This document shows positions 51,574-62,531 of a stretch of 64,000 bases of DNA, one piece after another (position 1 is the first letter of the stretch; the number at the start of each line of letters is the position of its first letter). The notes under the pieces were generated by a model. The model had not been told where the DNA came from. It saw only the letters and a list, made by a program, of their open reading frames with translations, and made no database searches. Origin of the DNA: Utricularia gibba (lineage: Eukaryota > Plantae > Magnoliophyta); contig CM007989.1 of the NCBI GenBank assembly GCA_002189035.1, positions 8,438,018 through 8,502,017 of the forward strand, read 5' to 3'. The position numbers and the translations under genes are program-made.

Positions 51574-53400
51574 ATGGCGGCCTCGTTTCCTTTGTCCGCA
51601 GCCTTTAGAGCCTCTTCAGTCGACACCGAACAGCGGATTCCTTACAATCCTCACAGAACGTACCCTAGGAAAGCAGAATCTGCGGCAACCCCGTTAGCGT
51701 CCGTTTCTTCAAGATCACCGGGAAAGAGCCCCAAAAATTTAATCATCTCGGAGCTTCTGAGACGAGACATTCCCCAGAATACTCATGGTACTCGTCGATT
51801 AGCCTACTCGAATTAATTTTTCTTGTTTCTATTCATTTCAAAGTCCGATAGCTCATTTTCCCTCCATGTTTATTTGTCTGTTTTGTAGTCTAGTACTGTA
51901 GTATGCTATTGGGACCTTGTTGATAGTGAAACTCGTGTAGATTTCACGGGAGGATACCAGTTTGCCCGGTTTATACGTCCTGTGGCTAGCTCCTCTGAGA
52001 GCTCCGGCCTTCTGTTTCCAACTTGGATTGTGGAAACATTGAGTCTGTTTTAGTACTGATTAAAGACCAGGCTTCAGCGAAATATCTGTACTGTTTGAAT
52101 TTCCTAAAGAGTCGGGGTGGTGTACGGGTGTCGTCCGTCACACACAAGCTCCCTATCAGTTTTTTTTTACTCCCGTTGTGTGCATTCTACTTTTTCGTTC
52201 TTTTCATTTTTTAATCTGCTACTGTGGATATTGTGAGTCGGCCATAAATGTTTCAAACACCTAAGTTGTTCTATTGGTGTAGTGGAATTAAATGGGCTTT
52301 ACTTGGGGTATGACACATGGCTTCCCCCGCACCAAAAGTGGAGAGGCCCAAATCTGTGTTGAATCCTGCATCGTTAGCTTACATTGGTGACTGCGTGTAC
52401 GAGGTTTGCTTTTGATGACCTGCTTTCTTTTCATGCCATGTGGGTGTCATTCTTTGTGCGTGTGTGGATGGGGGTGGGGGCTGTTGTTTGGTGACCAGTG
52501 GGGGATTTTCCTGACGAATGCCTCATTATTTGGGCGCAGCTGTATGCTCGCAGGCACTTTTTGTTTCCTCCCCTGAACCTCGATGAATACAATGACCGCG
52601 TCATGGCAGTTGTACGTTGTGAGGCCCAGGTTCTACATCGTGTTGTCTATGGTTATTACCTACATATAATTCTGCTAGTTCAGTCGTGGTACCAATGCAG
52701 GAGACTATGCTGCAAAATCTTGTAAGTGAGAACGTTTTATCACAAGAGGAGAGGTTAGTTTTTCTCACTCCCGCTTGCTTCTTTCAGTTATTTGATTGCA
52801 TTATACCACTATTAGTACTTTTCAGAACGAGCGAATGTCTCCAGTACATTATTGGATTAGTTCACCGAATGCACTCCATCTTCATGTCTTCCTGGCAAGG
52901 TGATTGCACTTGAGTGTTATTTATTTTATAATCCATCTGCTGAATAGGGATGTGCTGCGTTGGGGAAAAAATAGTGGCTCCTCCAAAACAAGGTCAAAAA
53001 AGAGAGCAGGTGCAGCAGTTTACAGTAGAGCAACGTCTTTAGAGACACTGGTACGTTTCTGCACCCGCTAGATCAAATATATTCCTAGAGCACCTTGACA
53101 AAAAAATACAGCAATCCCCGCCCCTGTGATGCTTTCATTGTCTCGTGTTGTCCTCCCCGCCCCGAGTTGTAACATCCAAAGTGAGTGCTGTCAATTCTTG
53201 TTGAGGCCTCCTCCCTAATCGGAAAGCGCTACTAGGCTTGATGTCCTTGTGTTTTGATGACTTTCCTGCTTTCTGTTTAGGTCGGTTATTTGTATCTTAC
53301 AGACCAGCGGCGCCTAGATGAGATCATGCAGAAAATCGGCTTCTCCACCGACATATCTAGCATTCCCAAAACGGCCGGAATAGGCAACGCCGAAACGTGA
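51574..53400 (+). CDS. Mini-ribonuclease III family protein (plastid RNC3/RNC4-like, At1g55140-type); apparent -1 frameshift at 52324-52328
   Basis: Transit-peptide-like start; PKVERPKSVLNPASLAYIGDCVYE; LYARRHFLFPPL; VVRCEAQ; RDVLRWGKN; SLETL|VGYLYLT...MQKIGFS. Confidence 0.88.
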
Positions 53401-53760
53401 ACTAACAGATACAAAGTGACCGAGAATTCTTTTTCTTCTTTTCTTGCCAGTATACCACTCTGGCTGTGCTTCTTGTTCTGCATTATCCGTGTGAAATTTA
53501 TACCTCTGCGGCTTACTCCTTTGCTGTGAATATCGCAGATCCTATTTAGGCCATAAATCTTAAAGACAAAGTTTAGGTGGGCACAGTTGTCACAGCAAAC
53601 AAAAACAAACAAAAAAAAGCATGGGCATCGTGGGCATGCTCGGCCTAGACAAAGGAATAAACCGGAAATAGGATAAAAAACGTTAGAAAAACTACAGTGA
53701 TCAAGGTTGAAATCTTCATTTCATGAACTCCATGAAAGTAGTGCATGCAGAGGATTTACA

Positions 53761-56641
53761 TTAGTCTATCTTAACAGAGGAATATATCTTCCGAACGAAC
53801 CAGAAACAAGCATAGAAACCAATTGTTCCCGTCAAAACAAAGAAGACATACGACGCAATCAGCATATATCCGAAGTACAGAATCCCCGGCACCAGCTTAG
53901 TGATATCTAGTTTTGTGAAGAAGTAGAAGAATGAGTACAGGAAAAGATACAATGCAGAAGAGCCAGCTGCAAAGTAAGCTCTCCACCACCAATTATAGTC
54001 TTCGCTGCACAATTGGAAGTAGCAGAGAACGATGGTTATCTCAGCTGAGGTGACTATCAATATCAAAAAAACTATAAATAGGAAGCCAAATATGTAATAG
54101 AACTGGTTTAGCCAGATGGACGTCAGGATGAAAAATAGTTCTATGAAAACGGCCCCAAAAGGAAGAATGCCTCCAGTGAGTATAGAGAAAACGGACTTCA
54201 TGTACCAAGGCTGCTCGGGGACCTGCCTTGGGATCTTATTTGTCCTTACTGGATCTTCCATGGCAGGTTTCTTGAAACCCAAATAACTACCAACAAATAC
54301 TAATGGGACTGATATTCCAAACCATAAACACACAAGGGCAAACATAGTCCCAAATGGCAATGCTCCAGAAGATTTTTCCCCCCAAATCAGAGCATTAAGC
54401 ACAAAGAAAGATCCAAACAGAATGCCCGGAAACATGAATGCCGTTTTTAAGGTGTTCATCTTCCATTGAGCGCCCCTGAACATCTTATAGAGGCGAGCGG
54501 AAGAATATCCAGCAACCAAACCCATGAAGACCCACAACAAAACCATGGCATTCATAAGGCCGCCACGGTTTGCAGGAGAAAGGAAACCTAGTAATGCAAA
54601 GATCATAGTCACTAGGGTCATTCCAAATATCTGAACACCAGTTCCTGCATACACGCACAGCAGTCCATAGTTAGCAGGTGGCCTGAACACATCCCCGTGT
54701 ACAAGTTTCCACCCAGTCTCCTCTTGAGCTTCATCTTCGGTATCCAACTGATTATAGTTTGAGATATCTTTGTACAGAGTTCTCATCATTATCATAGCAA
54801 CCATACCAGAGAGGAAGAGGACAATCATTAAAGAATTGATTATTGAGAACCAGTGAATTTGATCATCATTCATAAGGAGATAAGTATCCCACCGGGAAGC
54901 CCACTTAACTTCACTTTCCTACGAGAGATAATTGCATAATTATCTTCCCACAACTAAAAAAGGAACGCATTCAGTAAAGGGTTGAGTTACACTCAATTAC
55001 CTTGAAAGTAACATCATAAGTAAAAACTATGTCTTTGTCCTGATCAACTTCTTGTGGAATAGCACTTCCCTGAATCATAATTCTGGTGTTGTGGTTGCAC
55101 GTTGCCACAATAGGGTTTTTCTCATCCCATTCCTTGTACTCATGACTGATGCTGTTCATAAGAAGTTCAGGGAAAATAATGTCAACGTGAAAACACTAGT
55201 ATCATACTAGTAAACTTGCCTTCGTTAATAAATTCATTCAGGATGATACACACATAGACATGACAAGAAGATTTTCCAAGTAGAAATTACACAAACCTCC
55301 CAGGAGTAACTTCAAATGCGACTATTCGCGCAGAATCAGCTGTGGGAACTTTGTGATACATAACCCGGAAGCTCAAGTGGTTATAAATAAAATATTTCTC
55401 GTCTTTGCTCTGGAAGAGAGTACATTGCACTAATCATATGACAGATGCAAATTTTTTCATCATATAATAACTGGAAGATGGAGACTGACCCCTGCATAAC
55501 TTCCCTTGAAGCCTACACGGAATCCATGCTCATAAGTTGTTGACAGACTTCCATCTCTCCTTTGCCGCAGTACAGCTACTGGGAGGTTATCTAAAATCCT
55601 GGATGAAATCTTATGTTCAACACATTTCTAAATGCTAAGTCTAAAGATCTTATATCCTTGCCCAAAATGCAGAGTCAGCTACAGAAAAAAAGATTAAGAT
55701 TTCTAGAGGGAAAACAATTATTTTTTCTTTAGAAAACAAGAATGGAAAAGAAAAGAGGTGTCTTACATATTGACTCTGTACTCATCGTCTATTTTTTCTT
55801 TAAAATCATTAGCTGCTTGACTGTCAAGGCTGATTTTGCAAGCCACGGTACAAGATTGTTCTTCCATCATGCGAAACTGATTTGGAAATCAAATTGCAAT
55901 ATTATGAAATTCATACAGCTAATAGACGTTCCCAATAAGCATGAACTAGTGAACTATATGAAGGATACTACATGAGGAAGGGTACATACATTGTATACTG
56001 AATTCTCAATACGATCACCCCGAAGAACCTCACCAAGATTTTCTGCAACATTATGGATTTTTTCCGGCTTGCAGTATTTCAAGACATAAAATTCATAAGG
56101 CAGCTGAGTCTTGGTAGATGAAAGCTTGTTCACTTTTACCTGAAGCTCATCACCCTGTTGTAAGAAAGATAGACAGGCATCAGGAGAAAATGCGGAACCA
56201 AGACTCTCCCAACGGTAATAGGGGAGAGTGATCGGACTCGGGCACCCCCCGAACTTAAACCACCAACATTCAGTTTCAGATGTTCCATGAAGTAACTACT
56301 GCTAAACTAGAGCAAGAATTCGTTAACTTGGGAAGTTTCAGATCCATAATCAATTAATAAGCCATGAATTGAAACACCCAGACGGCACTGCACCTTATCT
56401 GTAACCGGAAGTATCATAACATGAAAAAGCCAACACAGCATGCAGTTATCAGTGCTCATAGATCTATTACATCAAGTATCCATCACTCAGTCGAGCAACA
56501 AGAAAATGAATAGCAGAGTTGTACCCTTTGAAAATCACGAGGTGCGACCCCCGGAAGATAGAATGATTGCCCAGTCGAGATCAGATGAAGTAGCAAAAGG
56601 GAAACAAAGACAGCGGCTGAGGTGGAGGTTCTTGGAGCCAT
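53761..56641 (-). CDS. Transmembrane 9 superfamily member (TM9SF/EMP70, TMN6/7-like)
   Basis: Signal peptide + [11 protein letters not shown]; [11 protein letters not shown]; [15 protein letters not shown]; ILDNLPV; IHWFSIINS; [15 protein letters not shown]; [10 protein letters not shown]; SEDYNWWWR; KIYSSVKID*. Confidence 0.95.
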
Positions 56642-56886
56642 TTTCCCTCCCTCCGGTTGGGAAACCTAGCAAGGAGCGAGATCAAGAAATAAAGGGGTAT
56701 GGGGCCCGCCCTTGTTCCTCACGGAAAAAGGAGACCGACGAACTCGTGAAACTTAACCGGAGTTGTTAACGCAGATAACTTCAGCGGTAGAGCGGAGGTT
56801 ATTCATTCAATTGGTTTTGTTTCTTTTTGCTTGCCGTTAAAAAGAATTTCCATTTTTCCAAACGTAGATGTATCATGTTGTTAATC

Positions 56887-57102
56887 ATTTTCAGGTCAAC
56901 AGCACACAAGCAAAAGCAACAAGTTTACATTCTCCAAAAAGTGGTGTGTTGGTGGGCCGCACCACCTGAAAATGGAAATGCAAGGCCCATTTTCAAGTCA
57001 ACAACACGCAGGCCGGCCAGGCAAAAGCAACAAGTTTGTATTCTCCAAAAAGTGGTGTGTGTTGGTGGGCCGCACCACCTGAAAATGGAAATGCCCAAGG
57101 CC
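56887..57102. repeat. Imperfect ~102-111 bp tandem duplication in the TM9SF/NHL divergent intergenic region
   Basis: Copies at 56887-56988 and 56989-57102 share GCAAAAGCAACAAGTTT...CTCCAAAAAGTGGTGTGT...GGTGGGCCGCACCACCTGAAAATGGAAATGC. Confidence 0.9.
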
Positions 57103-57215
57103 TTGGTGCTAAGGAAGGGGCAAGACTTGGGCCCGCGATAAATAGAAGCCCAATCCAAGCCTATAGGAGAAATTACTTTGTCCTAGGACTGACTAGGACC
57201 CCAAATACAATACAC

Positions 57216-57217
<2 letters not shown>

Positions 57218-57250
<33 letters not shown>
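57218..57250. repeat. (CCCATA)n microsatellite
   Basis: Direct reading. Confidence 0.85.
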
Positions 57251-57574
57251 CCCGCGTTTGATCCAACTAGCTGTCAGCTGAAAAAGCACCATCATGGATG
57301 ATGCTGCATATTTTGTATTGCCGGTCCAAGAGCAGTTATTTGAAATTCTACGTGTGTGTTACGCAAATCCCGATTCTCTTCCATTCATAACTACACTACC
57401 CGTACCCGGTCGCGCCACGCCACGCCACGCCACCATTTGGACATTTTTGGCGTCCAGTACGCATCACTCCCTCCGCCGCTACCCTGGCTGCTCAATACAA
57501 TACTCACTACTATCTACTTGTCTATTTAAACATGGAGACAGACAGAGAGAGAACGGAGGGGGCACGGAGATCCA

Positions 57575-58324
57575 ATGACCGACAAAGTGTACCCATCCGC
57601 AAAGCCTGCACTCGACGCCTCCCAGGGAGCCAATCTCACGTTTCCTCCGACCAAGGCTCAGCTCTACAATGCCAGGCGTCCTGCTTACCAGCCACAGATG
57701 CCGCCCAGAAGCCACCGACACCGGGGCGGCAGATGGTGCAGGTGCTGCTGCCTCTGGACTTGTGTGCTCACACTCATCATCTTGGTGTTAGCAGCCATCG
57801 CCGGGGCCGTATTTTACCTGATATGTCGACCTCACCTCCCTTCCTTCTCCGTGAGCACACTGCAGCTCTCTAAATTCAACCTCACCGACACTTCACTCAC
57901 CTCCTCCTTCAACATCTCGGTAACCGCACGCAATCCTAACTCGAGAATCACCTTCACGTACGACCAATCAACTCTTCGAGTGATATCCGGAAATGTGGAT
58001 ATCGGTGAAGGATCGTTCCCAGGCCCCTTCACCCAGGGCACCCACAATCAGACGGTTCTTAGAGCCGTCATCACAAGCTCCTCTAACGGAAATTCGGATG
58101 TGTCCAGCTTGGCAAGGAAGAAGATTTTGGCGTTGAAGGTCCAGGTGGACACCATAATCAGGGCCCAAATCGGCAACCTCAGAACACGGAAGCTCGGAAT
58201 TAGGGTTGTGTGCGACGGAATCACAATGGCCATCCCTTCAGGCAACGGGACGACGTCGGCTACCACTTCAAAGATCAGGTGCAAGGCGAATCCAAGAATC
58301 AAGATGTTCCGATGGACGATTTGA
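57575..58324 (+). CDS. NDR1/HIN1-like (LEA_2 domain) protein, intronless
   Basis: MTDKVYPSAKP...PPTKAQLY..RPAYQP; CRCCCLW + TM helix; RPHLPSFSV; ARNPNSRITFTY; KLGIRVVCDG; KIKMFRWTI-type end. Confidence 0.92.
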   Translation: MTDKVYPSAKPALDASQGANLTFPPTKAQLYNARRPAYQPQMPPRSHRHRGGRWCRCCCLWTCVLTLIILVLAAIAGAVFYLICRPHLPSFSVSTLQLSKFNLTDTSLTSSFNISVTARNPNSRITFTYDQSTLRVISGNVDIGEGSFPGPFTQGTHNQTVLRAVITSSSNGNSDVSSLARKKILALKVQVDTIIRAQIGNLRTRKLGIRVVCDGITMAIPSGNGTTSATTSKIRCKANPRIKMFRWTI

Positions 58325-59007
58325 GTCAGACGGATAGATCCCTGAGGCCGTCCGCATGCACCTCATATTATTACTATTTTAGATTTTCCAAAACCATCCA
58401 TACAAATTTGAAATGATGCCTCCTGTACGTTTACGTTGCATTCATTCCTCTGGTTGTGTGGTTAATTAATGCCTTTGATTACCTTTGTTGTTACTAGTCT
58501 TGGTTTGCACTTTGCAATTTGTGTGTTGAACTACCTCTCACGTCACGGCCAAGTGCCAACCCCCATTTTGTGTGGGGTGTTGTAACTGGTGCTCGCCTCT
58601 AGGTCTAGGGTTAGGGCCTAGCGATAATTATTCAACGTCTCTGACGCGTACAGACCACCAACTACAAAATTATGTCAATCATAGGGGCCGGGGTATTTGG
58701 TAAGTTGTAACCATCAATAATGAGGGTGTTTTATTTATAAAAATATTTTAGGGACCGGGAGAGCCTCCAATGTAAACATATTTTTTTGTCATATACACAA
58801 ACACCATGACATGAATAAGAGGCTTGGTTTTACCAAAAAATAACAATTTTTTTCCCTTCACTCATCATCGTCTGTATAAAGTGGAGTCGACACAAGTACT
58901 GAATAAAAAAATATCTATCTCACGACAGTATTTAGCAGTGAGAACAAATCAATACCGCGCATGCACCAAATCATGCCACATTTTAGCAAACAATAGCGAC
59001 GAGCAAG

Positions 59008-61665
59008 CTACAGCGTCAAAGGTAAACGCAGGCCGTCGTAACTGAGTTGCGCATCAATGCCTTCACTTGCCATCAACTTCATAAGTTGCTCATTTACCTT
59101 CTCGTGGTCCATCAGATGCATCATACCTTCAAATGGACATCAGATTCTTCTCATCAAAATTAGACAAATTTGTAAAACTGCCCTCTACTTGTAAGAATGC
59201 CTAATATAGTCATCTCGGATCACCAATTACCTGTGAAAAGTGTTCTCTTCGGTTTTACTTTCCTAACTTCCTCCAAAGCCTGACGAAAAGTATGATACAG
59301 AAATCAAACTGCTGACCATGAGCCTAGTCGGGCATTGGTCCATCACTCCAAAAGGAAAGAGCGGTTAACTTACCCTTGGAAGCCCGAAATGGGTAGAAGA
59401 GGATCGATCGGGTCTCAGAGCATCCTAAGAAAAAGCAGAAGATGCTTAATCAAGGATACCGTTGTAATCAGCTGGAAGGACAAGTAACACTGGATACTCT
59501 ACATACCAGGATAAGGATTTCACAATTGTTGAGAAGGGGATAAGTATCCTCTGGTATTTCACTAACATCACTGATAAGCATCCAAAAACAAGAGAGACAT
59601 ATTGATTATCCGTAGGTAGTATCAATAAGGAAGCTGGACAGAGCGATACCTTATATAGCAAACATTGCCAAACCTAAAACCCAAAGAACGATATCCAATT
59701 CCATGCCACACTGGTAGAGGGGTAAACTGTAAAAGGTGGTACTGAAAATTTGATAATCATTTTTAAATAATTGACCAGTACAAAATTTAAATTCGCGGCA
59801 ATTAACGCGAATCATGGTCAGATTAGCCACATTCCTGAAATTTCAAATCTTCCCATTTACATTCACTAAAAAATATTGCTACCTGGACACCATGTACTAT
59901 GAATGGCTCCTCATGTATTATGTTGAATTGCAACGTTGAAACAGCTGCACCAGGTGAAATCCCACTTTTGTCTACCAAATAATAGTGAGTTTTCTTCATT
60001 ACCTATAATAATACAGATAGTGGGTTGTGAAATGCTAATCATATCTTGTTCAGGAGATTACGGGTAAAAGGATAACAAGACCTCAAAATCCCGTTGAGAA
60101 GTGTATATTGGTACGGAAGATTGAACATTATTGGTCCAATCACGGAGATCATCCAGACCTGAAAAATTGCACAACCTTTTTCAAATAATTTTCAATGAGT
60201 TCTTGTGGGCAGGCCATAACTATAAAAGCAATCATGCGAGATACCTCCGATTGCATCAGCATGAGAATGAGTAACAATAACTGCATCAATTGTTCGTATC
60301 CTGGAAAAAAGTAGAACCATCACTAGAAAGGCACACGAAATGTGTTGTGTGCTGAATTGATTTTCCAACTCAACAGGAGTGGAAATGGCTTAAACTCATC
60401 AAAACTAGCTCATTTTTCCACACGCTCATCATGCGCATGAATTATGGTACCCAAATATTCAATAACAGAGAACGCAAAGACATACAATTCATGGCAAATA
60501 TTCAATAACTGAGCTTAATTTAATAATGTTATTCATAAACGGTACTACAAGACTAAGCATGATAGCACAATAAAAGGGGCTTGAATTTGCTCACCCATAA
60601 GTTGGAAACCATTTCAAAGCACTGTGATAGAAAAATCTGCACATGTAAGCATAAAGTCATAAATTAAGTTTACTTTCGTGAAAAATTTTAAGATGAACTT
60701 CCAAAAACATAATTTTATGACTAGCCACGCTCAAATCGCACGGTGAATGAAAGGATTCCATGAAGAATAATTGGTGGAGAAAATCTTTAACATACTTCCC
60801 CACATCAATAAGTATGTTGCACGGTCCATATGGCTTCTCAACACGAATTAAGAGGCTTGTATTAAGCCTTCGGTCCTTACTTCCAGCCAATAAAGCCTTA
60901 GAGCAAACCTATAAATGCGGGGAAAATAACACTCAAATCTTTCACATTTCATGTTCCATGAAAGTAGTAATGCACCAAATTCAGAGAACAGTCCATGTAT
61001 GATTGCACCAGATGAAGACATAGGGCTAACGAGGCAAGTCTTATCAGGATTTGTGAGGCAGCTCACACGAGGGATTCCCTCACTAGTCCCAGTTCCTAAG
61101 AATATGATCTCGGATCGCTCGACTGAAGCATCCGACTTGCTCGGATCATTTTCAGCATCTAAGTGATTTAATAATAAAATCATGTCATCACTAGGTAGCA
61201 TACATTAGAAATTACGTTGAAAGTTCATGCTATCCAAGAAGGCATGCGAAGAGTAACATAATAAAAAGAAGCAGCAACACACAATATAGACATTCAAACT
61301 GAAACAAAAAGTAACATACACAATAAAAATGAAAAGATTTAACATTTCAGTTATAACTAATTTCAACTTCTACACAAAAAACAAAGGGCATGAAACTGAA
61401 CAAAATTCCTCCATCAGAGCCGAATATTCCAACCACACGATCAGAAATATGCTTCATTATCTACAACATAATAAACACTCAAAAAAAAGAAAAAATAGAA
61501 CTCACTCAGGGAAGCTTGGACAAAGCGGCGTACGTGAGGGGATCCTATTCTTGAAATAGGAAATACGCCAATTCTGCATATGCTAAATGCGTTTGTTAGG
61601 CGGGAGAAATGAATCGGTTGTGCAGGAAGGGAACGCACGAGGCCGAAACCAACCGGGACAAGCAT
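59008..61665 (-). CDS. Metallo-beta-lactamase fold hydrolase (PhnP/C777.06c-like, At4g03610/At1g30300-type) with organellar transit peptide, multi-exon
   Basis: [100 protein letters not shown]. All splice phases check. Confidence 0.92.
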
Positions 61666-62175
61666 CAGGAATCGCCGGAGAAAGAACGACGAATGAGACG
61701 TTCAGCCCGGAAAGTACTATAAATTTCAAGACACGCAGCGCAACGCAGTGCGGAATACACGATTCATCTGTAGCATATTTTTATTGCACTAAACGCCACA
61801 TTATCGACCCCGGTTGGAAACGGCCTAAGTCTTTAGGTGTTAAACCGCTATTTGTTTTGCGTCCCATGCGCAATTTCGATTGGCTTCCAGAGGGGAGGGA
61901 CGCCAATGGTCTCAATACGGGGACCGGAAGGCGGCAAGGCTGGAACAGATTCAGTTGATTAATACCAACAGCGACCTCATGGTTCCCCCAAATGTCAAAC
62001 TAGGGTTCACGCAAAGTTTTGATGCCCTTGTAAATTCGTCCACCCTTTTTCGTCGAACTTCTTGTTCTTTTAACATCCTGTCAACCTTTGAAGGTTAAAT
62101 AAATATATTTTTTGATCCCCGCAATGTTTTTCTGTTGTTGTAGGATACGATCAGAAATGCTGCATGTTGATCAGG

Positions 62176-62531
62176 TACTAAAGCGGACATAAGACGACGT
62201 TCTATTCGGCCTAAAATCCATGCTCACAAAACCACTCGTCTATTTCCAATCTTACAAAACGCTCACCGTTCTAGCGTTAAGGATCACCGGTTCAGAGTTC
62301 CGATTCGTGTTTTGGAATAAGGGTTTAGGGTTTAGGGTTGAGGGATTAGGGTTTACTAAAGCGGACATAAGACGACGTTCTATTCGGCCTAAAATCCATG
62401 CTCACAAAACCACTCGTCTATTTCCAATCTTACAAAACGCTCACCGTTCTAGCGTTAAGGATCACCGGTTCAGAGTTCCGATTCGTGTTTTGGAATAAGG
62501 GTTTAGGGTTTAGGGTTGAGGGATTAGGGTT
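62176..62531 (+). repeat. Exact 2 x 178 bp tandem duplication of telomere-associated sequence plus the first ~5 telomeric repeats
   Basis: 62176-62353 is identical by eye to 62354-62531, including the variant units TTGAGGG and ATTAGGG. Confidence 0.93.

Noticed and set aside
62220-62498. 92 aa ORF spanning the duplicated junction
   Set aside because: It is a by-product of the duplication and of telomeric repeats (GLGFRV), with no coding evidence.
56887-62531. Direct repeats as possible CRISPR arrays
   Set aside because: The context is eukaryotic, there are only two copies each, and there are no unique spacers or cas genes.
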